The notes under the pieces are model-generated. The model saw only the letters and a program-made list of their open reading frames with translations, did no database searches and was not told the origin of the DNA. Shown piece by piece: positions 48,930-62,300 of a DNA stretch of 64,000 nucleotides. The DNA comes from the human T2T-CHM13v2.0 reference genome, Homo sapiens. The DNA lies in the NCBI RefSeq assembly GCF_009914755.1, contig NC_060926.1. The stretch is one strand, 5' to 3'. Made by a program: the position numbers and the translations under genes. Position 1 is the stretch's first letter; each line of letters begins with the position of its first letter.

Positions 48930-51900
48930 TTGCACTGATAGGCTACAAGGCCTAGAGGCAGAAAACACTCACCTCCTCCACAAATAACCAAAATAGTGAG
49001 TAGATAATCACACGTTGAATAGAGGACCCAAGAGAGAACATTAGAATTCAACAGAGAAGTGATGGAAAACACATAAGGCAGGAAAGGAGAGGGAAGCAAG
49101 GCAGCAGCCTTGCTGGGATCAGCTGAGTGCCTGGAGAAGCTTCCCATGTGGGGAAAGGGTAAAATATATTGTCCCCAGAAGTCCACCTTTACACTGTGAA
49201 TTCCTGCAATCCTAGCCATGGGAGGGCCTCTCGACCACTGAGGGTGCTGAAACTAGTATAGGGAGCTGCCTGGAAAATGTTTAATGGCATTGCTTTAAAG
49301 AAGAAGTTCACTCTGGGTCCCAAACACTCCTCAAAACACAAGCACCTGCAGTATGGTACCATTTTGAGAGCCCAACCCCACCTACTGCATCCTGTCCTGG
49401 GGCCCAACAACCCCTGAATCTCCACATCCCTGGAGCCTCACTGATATTCCCTTGTGTCTACCCAGAGGGCTGCAGCAGTGCAATGCCAGTTGGAACCAGG
49501 AGTATGATAGGGAACCCAGCACTCTAGCCCAAAGAGTATCCTACACTCTGGGTAACAGGTGATGAAGTACAGCAGGGAGGCTGTCCCTGAGTCAAAGGGA
49601 ACCAAAGTATGTGCTCCCAGAGCCACAGAGTCACCTGTCTGGGACTGCTGCCATTGACAGCAACACTGTCCCCATCAGCAGCAGGGCCCTGCCTTCTTGC
49701 ACATGCTCTAAAGACAGGCTCTCTTTGCCCACTGTGACCACTTTGAGCATACTGCATGGGGGCCTGAGGATAGCCCCACTGTGCCCACCACCGCCTGTAC
49801 CTATGTGCACTGCCAGGGGGCCTGAGGACAGGTTTGCCAGCCTGTCAATGCTCTTCACTTGTCAGTGCCCAAGCACACTATTTGTGGGTCTGGGTGTTAC
49901 CCTACCCCACTGGTCACACTGAGTGAACATGCATACCACCAGAGAGCTCAACAATAGGCACAGAACACTTGCTTCCAGCAGCCAAACATACTATGCAGAG
50001 GCCTGGGGGTTGTGCTGCTCCATTCACCACTGTTGGCATCTGTGTATTCCTATGGAAATCTGAGGATGGGCCCACCTAGCCTACCACCACTACCATTGCT
50101 GGCAGCCACCTGCATGTACCACCTGGGGGTCTCACCCAAAGAAATCTTCTCCAATGCACATTATGTTCAAATTGTCAAAAGTCAAAGACAATGAATGAAT
50201 TCTAAAAGCAGCAAGAGTAAATTTTCTAGTCACATATAAAGGAACCCACATTAGACTAACAGCAGATTCCTTAGCAGAAACGTTATGGGCCAGGAGATAA
50301 TGGAATAATATATTCAAAGTGCTAAAGGAAAAAAAAACCTGTCAGTCAATCATACTATACCCAAGAAAGTTACTATTCAAAAATGAAGGAGAAATAAAGT
50401 GTTTCCCAGACAAGCAAAAACTGAGGGAATTCATCACCACTGGATTAGCCCTGCAAGAAATGCTTAACCTGCAAGCAAAAGAACAATATCTACCATCAAT
50501 AAAACACATGAAAGTATGAAACTCACTGGTAAAGCAAATGCATAAATGGAGAAGAGAAAGAACTCAAATGTTACCACAACAGAAAAGCACTGAACTGCAA
50601 TGATAAACAATAAGAGAGAAAGAAAGCAATTAACAAAATGACAGGAATAAGTCCTCAGATATCAATATTAACCCTGCATGTAAACAGATTAAACTTTTCA
50701 CGTAAAAGATATAGACCAGCTGAATGGACGTAAGAGAAAACAAAAAGTATGACCCAACAGTATGCTGTCTACAAACAAACAAACCTCAGTTCATCTGTAA
50801 AGACACATATAAACTAAAAGTAAAGGAATGCAAAAAGATATTCCATGCAAACAGAAACCAAAACTGAGCAGGAGTAACTATACTTATATCAGATAAGAGA
50901 TACTTTAAGTCAAAAACAGTAAAAGGGGCAGAAAAGATGATTACGTAGTTATAAAGGTATAAATTTAGCAGAAGCATATAAAAATTGTAAATATATATGC
51001 ACCCAACACTGGAGCACTCAGATATATAAAGCAAATATAATTAGACTGAAAAAAAAAGAGATAGACTCTATTCTCAGCATTCACCCCATTGTTAGCATTA
51101 GACAGATCATCTACACAGAAAAGCAACAAAGAAATATTGGATTTAAACTGCACTTTAGACCAATGGACCTAACAGATATTTACAGAATATTTTATCAAAC
51201 AGCTGCAGAATACACATTCTACTCATCAGCACATGGAACACTCTAGTTTAGACCACAATGTTAGGCCACAAAACAAGTCTTTACAATTTTTGAAAATCAA
51301 TATCATATCAAGTATCTTATCATACCACAATGAAATATAATTAGAAGTCAATAACAAGGGAAACTATGGAAACTATACATACATGTACGTTAAACAGAAC
51401 TATGCGAAATTGAGACTAAAAAGCATATAAAAGATCAACAAAATGAAAAGTGTTCTTTTTGAAGAAGTAAACAAAATTGATAAGCTGCTAGCTGAACTAA
51501 GAAAAAAGGAAAGAAGACCCAAATCAACCAAACGAAAAACAAACAAACAAACAAAAAAGGAGACATAGCAACTGATACCACAGAAATATAAAAGACCATC
51601 AGAGGCTATTATGAACAGCTATGTGATAAGAAACTGGAAAATCTGTAGGAAATGAATAAACTCCTGGACACATATAGCCCAGCAAGATTAAATCAGAAAG
51701 AAATAGAAAACTTAAACAAATCAGTAATGAATAATGAGGTTGAATTAGTAATAAAAAGTCTCCCCAGGATGGGATGACTTTGCTGCCAAATTCTACCAAA
51801 CTTATAAAGAAGAACTGACATGAATTCTCTTGAAACTATCCAAAAAAATTGAAGAGAAAAGAACTATTCCTAACTCATTTTATGAGGCCAGCATTACCCT

Positions 51901-54670
51901 TATATCAAAACCAGAGACACAACAAAAAAAGAGAGAATGCTACAATTCAATATTCTTGTTTATCATGGACACAAAAATCCCCAGCAAATGCTAGCAAATC
52001 AAATCCAACAGCACATCAAAAAGAAAATATGCAATTGTCAAGTGGAATTTATACTAGGAATGCAAAGATGGCTCAACATACACAAATCAATGAATATGAT
52101 ACATCAACAGAATGAAGGACAAAAACCTTATCATTTCAACAGACACAGAAAAATTATTTGGCAAAATGCAATGTCTCTTCATAATGATAAAAGAAAAACT
52201 CTCAAAAAACTAGCCATAGAAAGCAAATACCTCAACATAATAAAGGCCATATATGACAAGCCCACAGCTAACATCATACTGAATGTAGAAAAGCTGAAAT
52301 CCTTTCTTCTAAGAACTGGAACAAGACAAGGATGCCCATTTTCACCACTCCTATTCAACATACTACTGGAAATCCTAGCTAGATCAATGAAGCAACAGAA
52401 AGAAATAAAAGGCATCCAAATTGGAAAAGTAGAAGTTACATTGTCCCTCTTTGCAGAAGACATAATTTTGTATTGAGAAAAAACTAAAAACACCACCAAA
52501 AACCACTTAGATCTGATAAAAAAAATTCAGTAAAGTTGCAGGATACAAAATCACACAAAATCAGTAGCATTTCTACACACCAGTAATAAGCTGGCTGAAA
52601 AAGAAATCAAGAAGTCAATCCCATTTATAATAGCTATAAAAAGTAAAATACAAGGCCTAGGAATAAATTTAACCAAGAAAGTAAAAAACTTGGTTGGGCA
52701 CAATTGCTCATGCTTGTATTCCCAGCTCTTTGGAAGGCTGAATGGGGAGGATCACTTGAGGCCAGGAGTTCAAGACCAGCCTGGGAAACATAGTGAGACT
52801 CCATCTCTTCAAAAATGTTTTTTTAAAAAAATTTTTACAAGGAAAACTATATAACACTGATGAAAAAATTGAAGAAGACACAAATGAGAAGACATTCCAT
52901 CCTCATGGATTAGAAAAATTAATAATGTTAAAATTAGAATACTACCCAAAGCAATCTACAAATTAAATACGATCCCTTTCAAGACACGAATTATAATTTT
53001 CACAGAAATAAATAGAGAAACAATCCTAAAATGTGCATGGAAGCAAAAAAGAGCCCAAATAGACAAAGCAATCAGAACCAAAAGAAACAAAGCTGGAGGC
53101 ATCACATTACCTGACTTCAAAATATATTACAAGGCTACAGTAACCAAAACAACATGGTATTGGAATAAAAGCAGACACACAGACCAATGGAATAGATTGG
53201 AGAACCCAGAAATAAATTCAATTATTTACAGCCAAATGATTTTCAACAAAGGCACCAAGAACACATACGAGGGAAAGGACATTTTCTTCAATAAATGGTG
53301 CTGGAAAAAAATGAATCTCCATATGCAGAAGAATAAAATTTAGTTCCTTTCTCTCAACATATAAAAAGTAAATTCAAAATGAATTAAAGATTTAAATGTA
53401 AAACCTATAATTATAAATGTATTAGAAGAAAACATAGGGGAACTCTTCAGGATATTTGTCCAGTCAAGACTTTAAAAGTTAGCTAACAAAAACAAAAATA
53501 GACAAATGGGACTATATTGAACTGAACTTCTGCACAGCAAAGGAAACAGGTAACAGAGTGAAGAGACACCCTGTTGAATGGGACAAAATATTTGTGAACT
53601 ATTCATCTGACGGGACTAATATCTAAAATATACAAGGAACTCAAAACAACTCACCAACAATAAAAATCAAATAATTTCACTAAAATGTGGGCAAAAATCA
53701 GAATAGATATTTCTCAAAAGAAAACATACAAATGGCCAACAGGTATATGAAAAAAATTTTCAACATCACTAAACATCAGGGAAATACAAATCAAAACCAC
53801 AGAGAGATATCATCCTACTCAGTTAGAATGGCTATTCTAGAAAGACAAAATACAATAGTTGCTAGTGGGAATATGGAGGTAAGGGAACTCTTATGCATTG
53901 ATGACAATGTAAATTAGTACAATGATTATGGAATACAGTGTGGCGATTTCTCAAGAAAACTAAAAATAGAACTATCATATGACCTAGCAATCCCACTACT
54001 GGGTATTTATCCAAAGGAAAGAAAATCAGTGTATTAAAGGGATACCTCCCTGCCACTCACATGTTTATTGCAGCACTGTGCACAATAGCAAAGATATGGA
54101 ATCTACCTAAGTGTCTATCAATGGATGAATGGATAAAGAAAATGTGGTACATATACATAATGTAATACCATGAGGCCATTAAAAAATAAAATTCTATTTG
54201 CAACAACATGAATTGAACTGCAGGTCATCATATTAAGTGAAACAAACCAGGCACAGAAAGACAAATATTGCAATGTTCTTACTCATATGTGTGAGCTAAA
54301 AAAGTTGATCTTGCCAAAGTAGAGAGTAGAATGATAGTTACCAGAGGCTGACAGGATGTATATGTGAAGGAGTGAGAGGATGAAGAGAGGTTGGTTAACA
54401 GGTACATTCAATTAGTTAGAAGGAATAAGTTCTAACGTTTGATAACAGAATAGCATGACTATAGTTAACAACAATGTATTGTATATTTCAAAATAGCTAG
54501 AAGAGAGGACTTAAAATATTCACAACAAATAGAAATCATAAATATTTGAGGTGATGGACATCCTAAATAACCTGATTTGACCTTTACATATTGCATGCAT
54601 GTAACAAAACATCACATGTACCCCATAAATGTTTGTACATATTGTGTATGTATAAAAATAAAAATAGAGA
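48930..54670 (+). mobile_element. Long L1MA element (about L1MA4-6): GC-richer 5'UTR, partial ORF1, decayed ORF2, 3'UTR
   Basis: ORF1 end (KLLFKNEGEIKCFPDKQKLREFITT), ORF2 RT ([23 protein letters not shown]), and an L1MA 3'UTR ending gtaccccataaatg...aaaataaaaa. Confidence 0.9.
52692..52815 (+). mobile_element. Alu monomer (FLAM_C / AluJ left arm) inside the L1MA
   Basis: ggttgggcacaattgctcatgc...ggatcacttgaggccaggagttcaagaccagcctggg...ccatctct. Confidence 0.85.
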
Positions 54671-56999
54671 TCAAAAAAGAGAAGAAAGCATACTAAAACA
54701 TAAGCAAAGCAAAACAAAACAAGAGTGAAAAGAGTTTTCTTAGAATCTTCCAGCTTGGAAAATAATAATTTTTTTAATCACTTGCCACCTGATTTCTCTA
54801 TACAGATCATGGAGAATCTACAGATAGACTCTGCAAGATGTATCGTCTTTCCTTCTAGGGTTGTGCTGTCTTGCCTCATGATGGGACTCATTGAGTTCTG
54901 TTTCTAAACACACTAACAATTTTTCTGGATTAAAATTTTGACTTGTTCTTTTAGCACTCCAAGCAAGCTGCTTGGGCTTCCTAGTATTCCAGCATCTTGC
55001 TTGTAAAACAGCTAACAACACGGCCAAATCCATTAGAGCATACCCTTATCAACCTCCTGAGTTTATTGATATTTACATTTATGATACAGACAAGTTTTTT
55101 GAGAGCCTCTTTTTCTGCTGCCTGGTGTTTGCTTTCACAGGGAGAGGCCAGACAATTGAGAGGGAAGGAGGCAGCACTTGTGCTAGATTTATTGGCACAG
55201 CACACTGAAGAGCAAACACACCACCAAATAGAGGATATTGATAAGGAGACTAAATTCATTTGAAATCACTAAAACTCAGTTAGGGGCATATTGTATTAAG
55301 TGAAATGCCATTACTGAAGGGCCAAGGGAAAGACTGTATGCCAAGTCATGAGAGCTTTTCAGCTCACTGGAAGGCAGCCATTGCACCCACGCACTACATT
55401 TGATGGTTTGGAAGAAGAGATAATTTCTGCATAGATCATAAACGGACTTAAATCTCTCAGTCACTAGGAGCACAGGCATGAGCTGAATTGTCCCCAAGTG
55501 AGAGTGTACAAGAGAGGATCCCCATGCAGTAAAAGCATACACTAAGCAAGTATAAATTCCAGCTTTCCATAAAGGCATTCTTTCCCCGTGATTGTGGCAC
55601 AATGGTGTATTAAAAAATTCCACACTAAGGAGCATCATTTGATTCTGTGATTTGTGTGTGCATGTATGTGTGTGTGTGTTTGTGTAAAGCATCTCACTCT
55701 TTGTAGAGAAGATGACAGAACTCTGGCTTACTTAATGTATTTTAACCATTTTTAAATGGAAAGTTCCTCCAACTAACGTAAGTTCCTGCCCAGGCCATAA
55801 GAACAACTTGGGGTCTATTCTGGGTGCAGGAGAGAGGTTGCTACCTGCCACAAGTAAAAGAGTAGACTCATAAAGGCTGTTTTCTCCTAAGCAGCCTCCT
55901 AGCACTTCTCTGAAGGTTGTTTGAGGTTTCCTCACTTGATGTCTCTCATGCTGCCCTTGCACTGTTAATCGTAGTGAGCAAGGATGGGCGGTAAACAGGA
56001 GTCAATTTCAGTGATGTGTATAAATCTTGTTCAGGTTATTCAGACTAAGGCAGCCCCTTATCTAACAAGCAACAGAGCAGACTTTGGAAAACACTTTTCA
56101 CCTGTGACAATAGCGGCCCAGTTTTGTCCTCGTCAACAGTGGAATAAATGTAATATCTCATGTCAGCTAACTCCATGTCTTATTTATGCCAAATTCTTCT
56201 GGGTTCAGCATTTTAAGACAGCCTTTGCATTAGGATTTTATTCTAGCACAGACTCCTAGAATAGCATTGTTCTGCAAAGAGAGAAGACACTTTTAAGTAA
56301 AATTTTATAATGACCAGAATAGAAATGAATTGTTGTCTTTGCTGTGCTATCTCACCTGACTGTTTATAAAGTAAGAAGAATGTTGGCAAATCAGGAGACA
56401 TCATACTTCAAACCTTTGATAATAAGTACATTGAAAACTATCAGAGTTGTGCTGAAACACTATGAAATAATTCCAACAGTCACAAACAGAACCATGGCTA
56501 GTTGGAGGAAGATTAAGGGTTATTTATTGGCCATTGAGGGCTTCCACCTAAAATTAAACTTTTTGGAGGGCATGCATTTGAATGTGAGGTCCTAAAAGGA
56601 ATATGAACACAGTAAAAAATGCTCATATTTACAAGAAACACATATTCCCTTCTCTGTGGTCAAAAATGCATATGGCTGGCCTTTTGGCAACATGATCATA
56701 CTTTTTCTTGATACAGTCAAAGCACAAAAATGAGCTTCATTCTACTGAACTAATCTGTATACGGCAAAATAATTAAAAATTGCAAATGTTTGTAAGATTA
56801 TCAGACATGCTTTGCCAGCATGTGTTTTCGTATATCAAACTATCAAATGAACCAATTTTGAAACAACCAAATTCACATTATTTAATTACGAAGCTTTAAT
56901 TGAAGGAAGAAGATAGAGGTCCTGAAAATTAAAAACAAGAAAAAAAGCTTATCGGTATTTGTATTTATCGCTCTGATATACACTCTATATAAGATCTGA

Positions 57000-57562
57000 A
57001 TGGTCTTGCACCATTCCCACCTGATGATATCTCTCTCCTGGCAAAACTCTTCAATTATTGCCCAGTTTCTCCAGAATAAAGGCTATGCTACTGTGAATGG
57101 CAACACTGCATATCTATCAGTCTGGCCTCTGTCTAGGTCTGCCACCTTATTTCTAGATTTTTCTTTGTTACTTTTTATGGTTCAGCAACACTAAACAACT
57201 TATTCCCCAAACATGCCATGTTCTCTTGGCATCTGCATTTTCTGTTTTGTCTGTTCCCATTACTCAATTGGCAAACTTCTATTTATTATTTTAAACCTGA
57301 GCCTCAATGTAACTCCCTCTTGGAAGCCTTCCTTAATATACCTAGCAGACTATTCTTCGACTGTGATGTGGCCCTATTTTATTTTGTGTATACACACATT
57401 ATTGTCATTACAAATACTTGTCAACATATCTGGTTCTTAAGGGCAGAAACTATGTAATTTCTTCCTTGTTTCTTCAGTGCATACTATAGTATTTTATATA
57501 TGTGCGGTCTTAAAGAGTCAGTGAATAAATGAATCAATCCATACATGAGTTAATGAATGAAA
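57000..57562 (+). mobile_element. L2 3' fragment
   Basis: ctcaatgtaactccctcttggaagccttcctt...ttcttaagggcagaaactatgt...gaataaatgaat tail. Confidence 0.7.
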
Positions 57563-57605
57563 GTAGCTGTAGAGAATACATTTGTAGTTTTAAACACATT
57601 GCAGT

Positions 57606-57708
57606 GCGTGAACCTGGGAGGCGCAGCTTGCAGTGAGCCGAGATCGCGCCACTGCGCTCCAGCCTGGGCGACAGAGCATGTCTCCGTCTCAAAACAAAAC
57701 AAAACAAA
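57606..57708 (+). mobile_element. Heavily 5'-truncated AluY with an (AAAAC)n tail
   Basis: gcgtgaacctgggaggcgcagcttgcagtgagccgagatcgcgcc (AluY diagnostics, CpGs retained); TSD-like attgcag on both sides. Confidence 0.9.
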
Positions 57709-58559
57709 AATTGCAGCAAAACAGATGTTAAAAAAGAAAAGGTACGTTCCTAATTCCTCTCTTTTTGTGATTTGCAATGTCATTTAGGGAGTCCTAGAGC
57801 TGGACTTCCCAGAGCTGATGGTATGATGGTTTTCCTTACCACAGTGAACCACGCTGAAATTTTCTCAGAAGCACAATATTTCTCTACTCCTCATCTTCTC
57901 CCTCCTCCTTCTCCTCCTCCTTATCATCAATATATACATAATCAAAATTGTACTCTTGTTCAGAATCTGCTCATTCACAAAAATAAAATTAAATAAACTC
58001 TTATACATAACCATTCATGGCTCAAAGAAAAACACTGTTTCCCATGTCAAGAAAAACCAGCTTGCAGAAGCAAAATAAATATTAGCCTTATCGCAGAGCC
58101 AAAGTGATATACATGTCCAGATATGTGCTGTTTTTAGCTTTTAAAATAAGCAAGGTACTATTTTGACATGATGGCTTAATACTTGAGTCTTCCAAATTTT
58201 ACCCTGAGAAGAGATCCGTGTCTGGCCAAGGGAATGTGTCCTATGGCAAAAGGATGAGAACATGCTAGGGTTTTCTAATGCCTTTTTCACATTCTTACAG
58301 GCAGAGTATCATGGTCCCCATTTAAAAATACCATTTATTTAAATATTTCCTTAATAATGATGCCCTCAAACACAGTATTCACACCTACCTCACAGCAGTA
58401 TCGGTAGATACACTGGATACTATTTACAAAAGGTATAATTTCTTTCTTAGAAGGAGTTGTATTAAAAATTAAAAATGTTAAGGATGTAATTGAGCAATAC
58501 CATATTAATAACTCCAGTGTCCAGAGAATGAAGTGTGCTAGATACTTGAATTTTCTGGT

Positions 58560-59300
58560 TAATAGAGTGTTGTACTTTCTAAGAGAGCAGATTAGGAGGG
58601 TAGGCTTGAACTTAAACTACTTAGGTTCAAAACTGAGCTCTGCCACTTCCTAGCTGTGCAAGCTTGGGCAACTTTATTCCCTTCTCTGGAACCTCAGAGT
58701 CTTCATTTTTTGAAAAAAAGAATCATGATGATATATATCTCCAGTGCTGTGCCAAGTCATATTCGAGACTGAAGCAAAAAAGAAAATGGTGTGCTACTAC
58801 ACACACTATAAAATATCCTCTAATATTTTTAATCAAGTGGAAAAAGAAAAAGTAAGTTCCACAATCAGAAAAGCATGTCAATATTTAAAGCTTTGCATTG
58901 TCCAATCTGTTCACAGCCATTGTCAACCCTTATAAATTTACCCTGTGGGGTGTGCAATGATGCCCCAGGGCCAGAACCTTGGGCTGGTTAAATATTACTG
59001 TTCAATTGCACGATAATACAGGATCACAAGAGACAATAACCTATCTTTATGTTAAATTCTGATAATTTATTCGTTATGAATTTTTGTATTTATTTTTATT
59101 TTAAAAAATATTTTATTAAAATATGATTTATTCTGCTTACTGAGATTTTTGGTATCCACTTTAATATTGTGCACTAACCTCACCTGAGTTGTGACTGTGT
59201 CTAGCTCATGTGTTGTTTTGAGGATGAAATGAAATAATTATTGTAAAGACCTTAGCAGTAGGCCTGACACATACTTAGTGCCCAGTAGTGTTGTTAATTA
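58560..59300 (+). mobile_element. MIR split by a DNA-transposon-like insert (about 58741-59200)
   Basis: The MIR core ctctgccacttcctagctgtgcaagcttgggcaa...cctcag stops at about 58740 and resumes ctcatgtgttgttttgaggatgaaatga at about 59205. Confidence 0.7.
58741..59200. mobile_element. hAT-Blackjack/MER81-like DNA transposon remnant
   Basis: ttactgagatttttggtatccactttaatattgtgcac...cctcacc resembles the reverse MER81 terminus; starts ccagtgctg. Confidence 0.45.
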
Positions 59301-62300
59301 ACATTGTTCTTGAAAAGGTAATAGGCATAGGAAGTATAGGTTTTGACCCTTTTTGCCCTTTGTGGGATAATCTTCCCAATATGTCAGTGTTATCCCTTAA
59401 TTCTCTTGAGTCCTATTAACTTATAACCACCAAACTAACCACATTAATTCGTTTTAGGACCCACTGGATATCCTTTAAACAGAGTAGTTACTGTACAAAT
59501 ACCTTAATTTCTGCCTTTCGTCTTTCTGAACAAACTTACCATTTGGATTGAGGAGGTTGGTTGATTTGGTTCAACACTGAAGTTCATGCTTTCTTACCGA
59601 ATTGGTCATTTGTATGGTTTGGTTGAATAGCCAGTCAGTCATAACACTTAAGCCAGGTATTTGTGCAGATTAAGTGCTAAAGCTAAGGCCCATGTTGTGA
59701 GGCTAAGTAAAGGTAGGCTCCTAGAAAATATAGCTAATTGAAGACTGATCTCTCCAAACACATTATTCTTTGTGTTTTCACAAAGTAACATCTGTGACAG
59801 TTCTGCCATGATCTGAATGTCTGTGACCCCTGTAAGCAATGCCCTCTGCTGCCTTCTGAAATTAATCCACCTGATCAGATTATGATGCTGATTGTGATGT
59901 GACACATGAGATATTTAAAAAGTGTTTCCAATAGCAACCTTGTCAAAATACATTTGCCCTCTCAAAAAAGGAATACAACGACTGCATGGCTGGTTCCAAC
60001 ATACACAAAATGCATGGTAAATAACCAAGAAATAAGCAAAAATAAGAGGAGACTTAGCTGATGTGATTTTAAGTGAGTGATATTTTGGAAGGGGTTAAGC
60101 ATTCTTACAACTAATATATGACTGAGAAGATTCAACTTTAGTAACTGCATGAGAATATTATAAACCAAGCCCACACAATATTAAAATTAGTTAAAATATA
60201 TGCAAAATTTATGAGAGAATGTCAGGTGTAATACTTGATAAAGTAAGCTTAATGCTTAAGAAATTTATCTTCAGGCTGAAAAGCCAACTCTTGCAATTCT
60301 GAGTGAGAGTATAATTTTAGAAACTCTTTTCTGTAAAGTCATTCTTTTATTAATGAGATCAGCTCTAGGTGAGCTGAAAGTGGTAACTTCCTAAAGCATC
60401 CAGGAGGACAAACAAGACCCTCAAAAGCACTGGGACATCAGTAGTACCTGTTAAAAAAATACTGGGGAAAAAATATGTCCTCAAAATTTGTGTCTGTTCA
60501 GTCATATTTCTTTTGTTGTTTGGAATATTGCTGAAGCTTGTGAAAAATAAGTTTGAGGGCTGACAGAGGCTCTGTGTTATCTTAGACTTTTCTTCTTCAC
60601 TCTGGGTGTGTCACATTGTTACACTGGGTGACACCTTTATTATCAGGCCAGAATTCAGTGTAAATATACCACCAGAAAGTCCAGAGAGTGGACTTCCATT
60701 GGCTAATTAGTCACATACTACAGCTCCCAGCTGAAATAATGCTGTGGATGAAAGAAGAGAAAAATCTGCTTATTGCACCATCTCTCTGCAGGATAACTCA
60801 ATCTCTTCTTTGTAATCCAAACACTTTTATTCACAAAGCAGGCAAGTATAAACTCAATCAGCCAGGGTAAATTATTGACAGCCAAACACTGTTGAAGCAT
60901 CCAGCAAAGGTTAGAAAAGAACGTCAGACATGTTTAAGCTTGTGAAATCACATCATGTTTAGGAACACTAGTCATTTTTAGATGACCTTAATCTCTAGGC
61001 TTTTGGCATGCTGCCCAAGAGCTGGGATTTGCTGTGTATATCCTTCTCAAGGGCCTGGCTGGGTAAGAAGTTTCTAGGAATTCAGGACTTTTCATGCACC
61101 AAGAATTTGAAAACTGTCACTTCGCAAATATCTCAATTCCTGATTTTTGTCTCTAATGCACACAGCGTTTCTGAACAAGCATGGCGTTCTGAAACTAAGT
61201 TGGATTTAAAGAAATATCTAAGTGACTTATTTTATACTTGCCACAACTCTTTTGAGTCACTTCTTCAATTCTGCAACTCAATATCAAAAACAATAATAAA
61301 AACAAAAGAAGAATGTAATGGTTTGGTTAACCTTTAATGTAACAGCTAAACTTCTTCCTGGCATTATAGAGTGGTTGGATAAAGGATTACCACTATTGTA
61401 GAATGATGTTCCCAGCAACACAGCATGAGGAAATACTTGAGTTGGTAATCCTGCCTAAAATATTCAAATAGGGCCAATTAACTTGTTCATAGCTGCTTTA
61501 CATGTCTTATTACCTCACATAACTGTTTTAAAAGCTATCTTACCAAAGAATAGCATTAGTTCAATATTAATTTCCCTTGCTCTGAAGTCAACTGTTTTTC
61601 TTCTTTCACTGTGTCATGTCTCTGTCCTACTCCTCCCTTTCCATTTTTCTTTTACTTTCAACTTCTCCAAACATTTTTTACTAGATACGATTTTATACAG
61701 GTTTTATTTCTTGAAAGCTATTCTAAGCCTTTCTTACAAAATGAGGATGATCAATAAATTGTCTGCTTGCCAATTCTTAAAAAAAGAGAGAGGTTTAAAA
61801 CATGAAGAAAATTGCTGTGAAGGTGTGACTGCCAGATGCCAGAAGAGTTTAGATAAGTCAGTGCAAATCTCTCTATATGTGAAGAAAGAAATCTGTAGAT
61901 AGATTTCTATATTCAGTGGAATTAGGTGAAGCTCTTACATCAATATTAGGTATTGAATCTGACCTTTTTTGAGGAATAGTTTATGGAATGGATAACCAAC
62001 ATTATTTAAGGTTGCATAAGTTACAAGGTAGTATACTTACCGTAAGCATTAAAGGCTTCTAGAGAAAGAAATGAGTAGCCTCAGAGGATAACAGCTCTCA
62101 ATATTCATGGCCAGAGGCCAGAATGTCAGAAAGAAAGTGATCAACTGCTTTTTTAACAGTGACTTCCCCTGGATGGGGAATGGAAAGCCTCTTTGGTATT
62201 CACTACGCACCAGCAAGGAGTGTGGCTCCTTCTGGGTTTTGTACAGGGCCCAGCTCTACGCACACTCATTACAAGGTTATTACCATCATTATGGTGGACA

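Noticed and set aside
48878-50194. GC-richer region with many ORFs, resembling a gene or promoter
   Set aside because: Explained by the L1MA 5'UTR; CpG-depleted, so not a CpG island.
54725-55692. Cluster of short overlapping ORFs
   Set aside because: No recognisable homology; mostly non-ATG starts; no coherent splice pattern.
61483-61902. 139-aa hydrophobic ORF
   Set aside because: TTG start; hydrophobicity reflects T-rich composition; no family similarity recognised.
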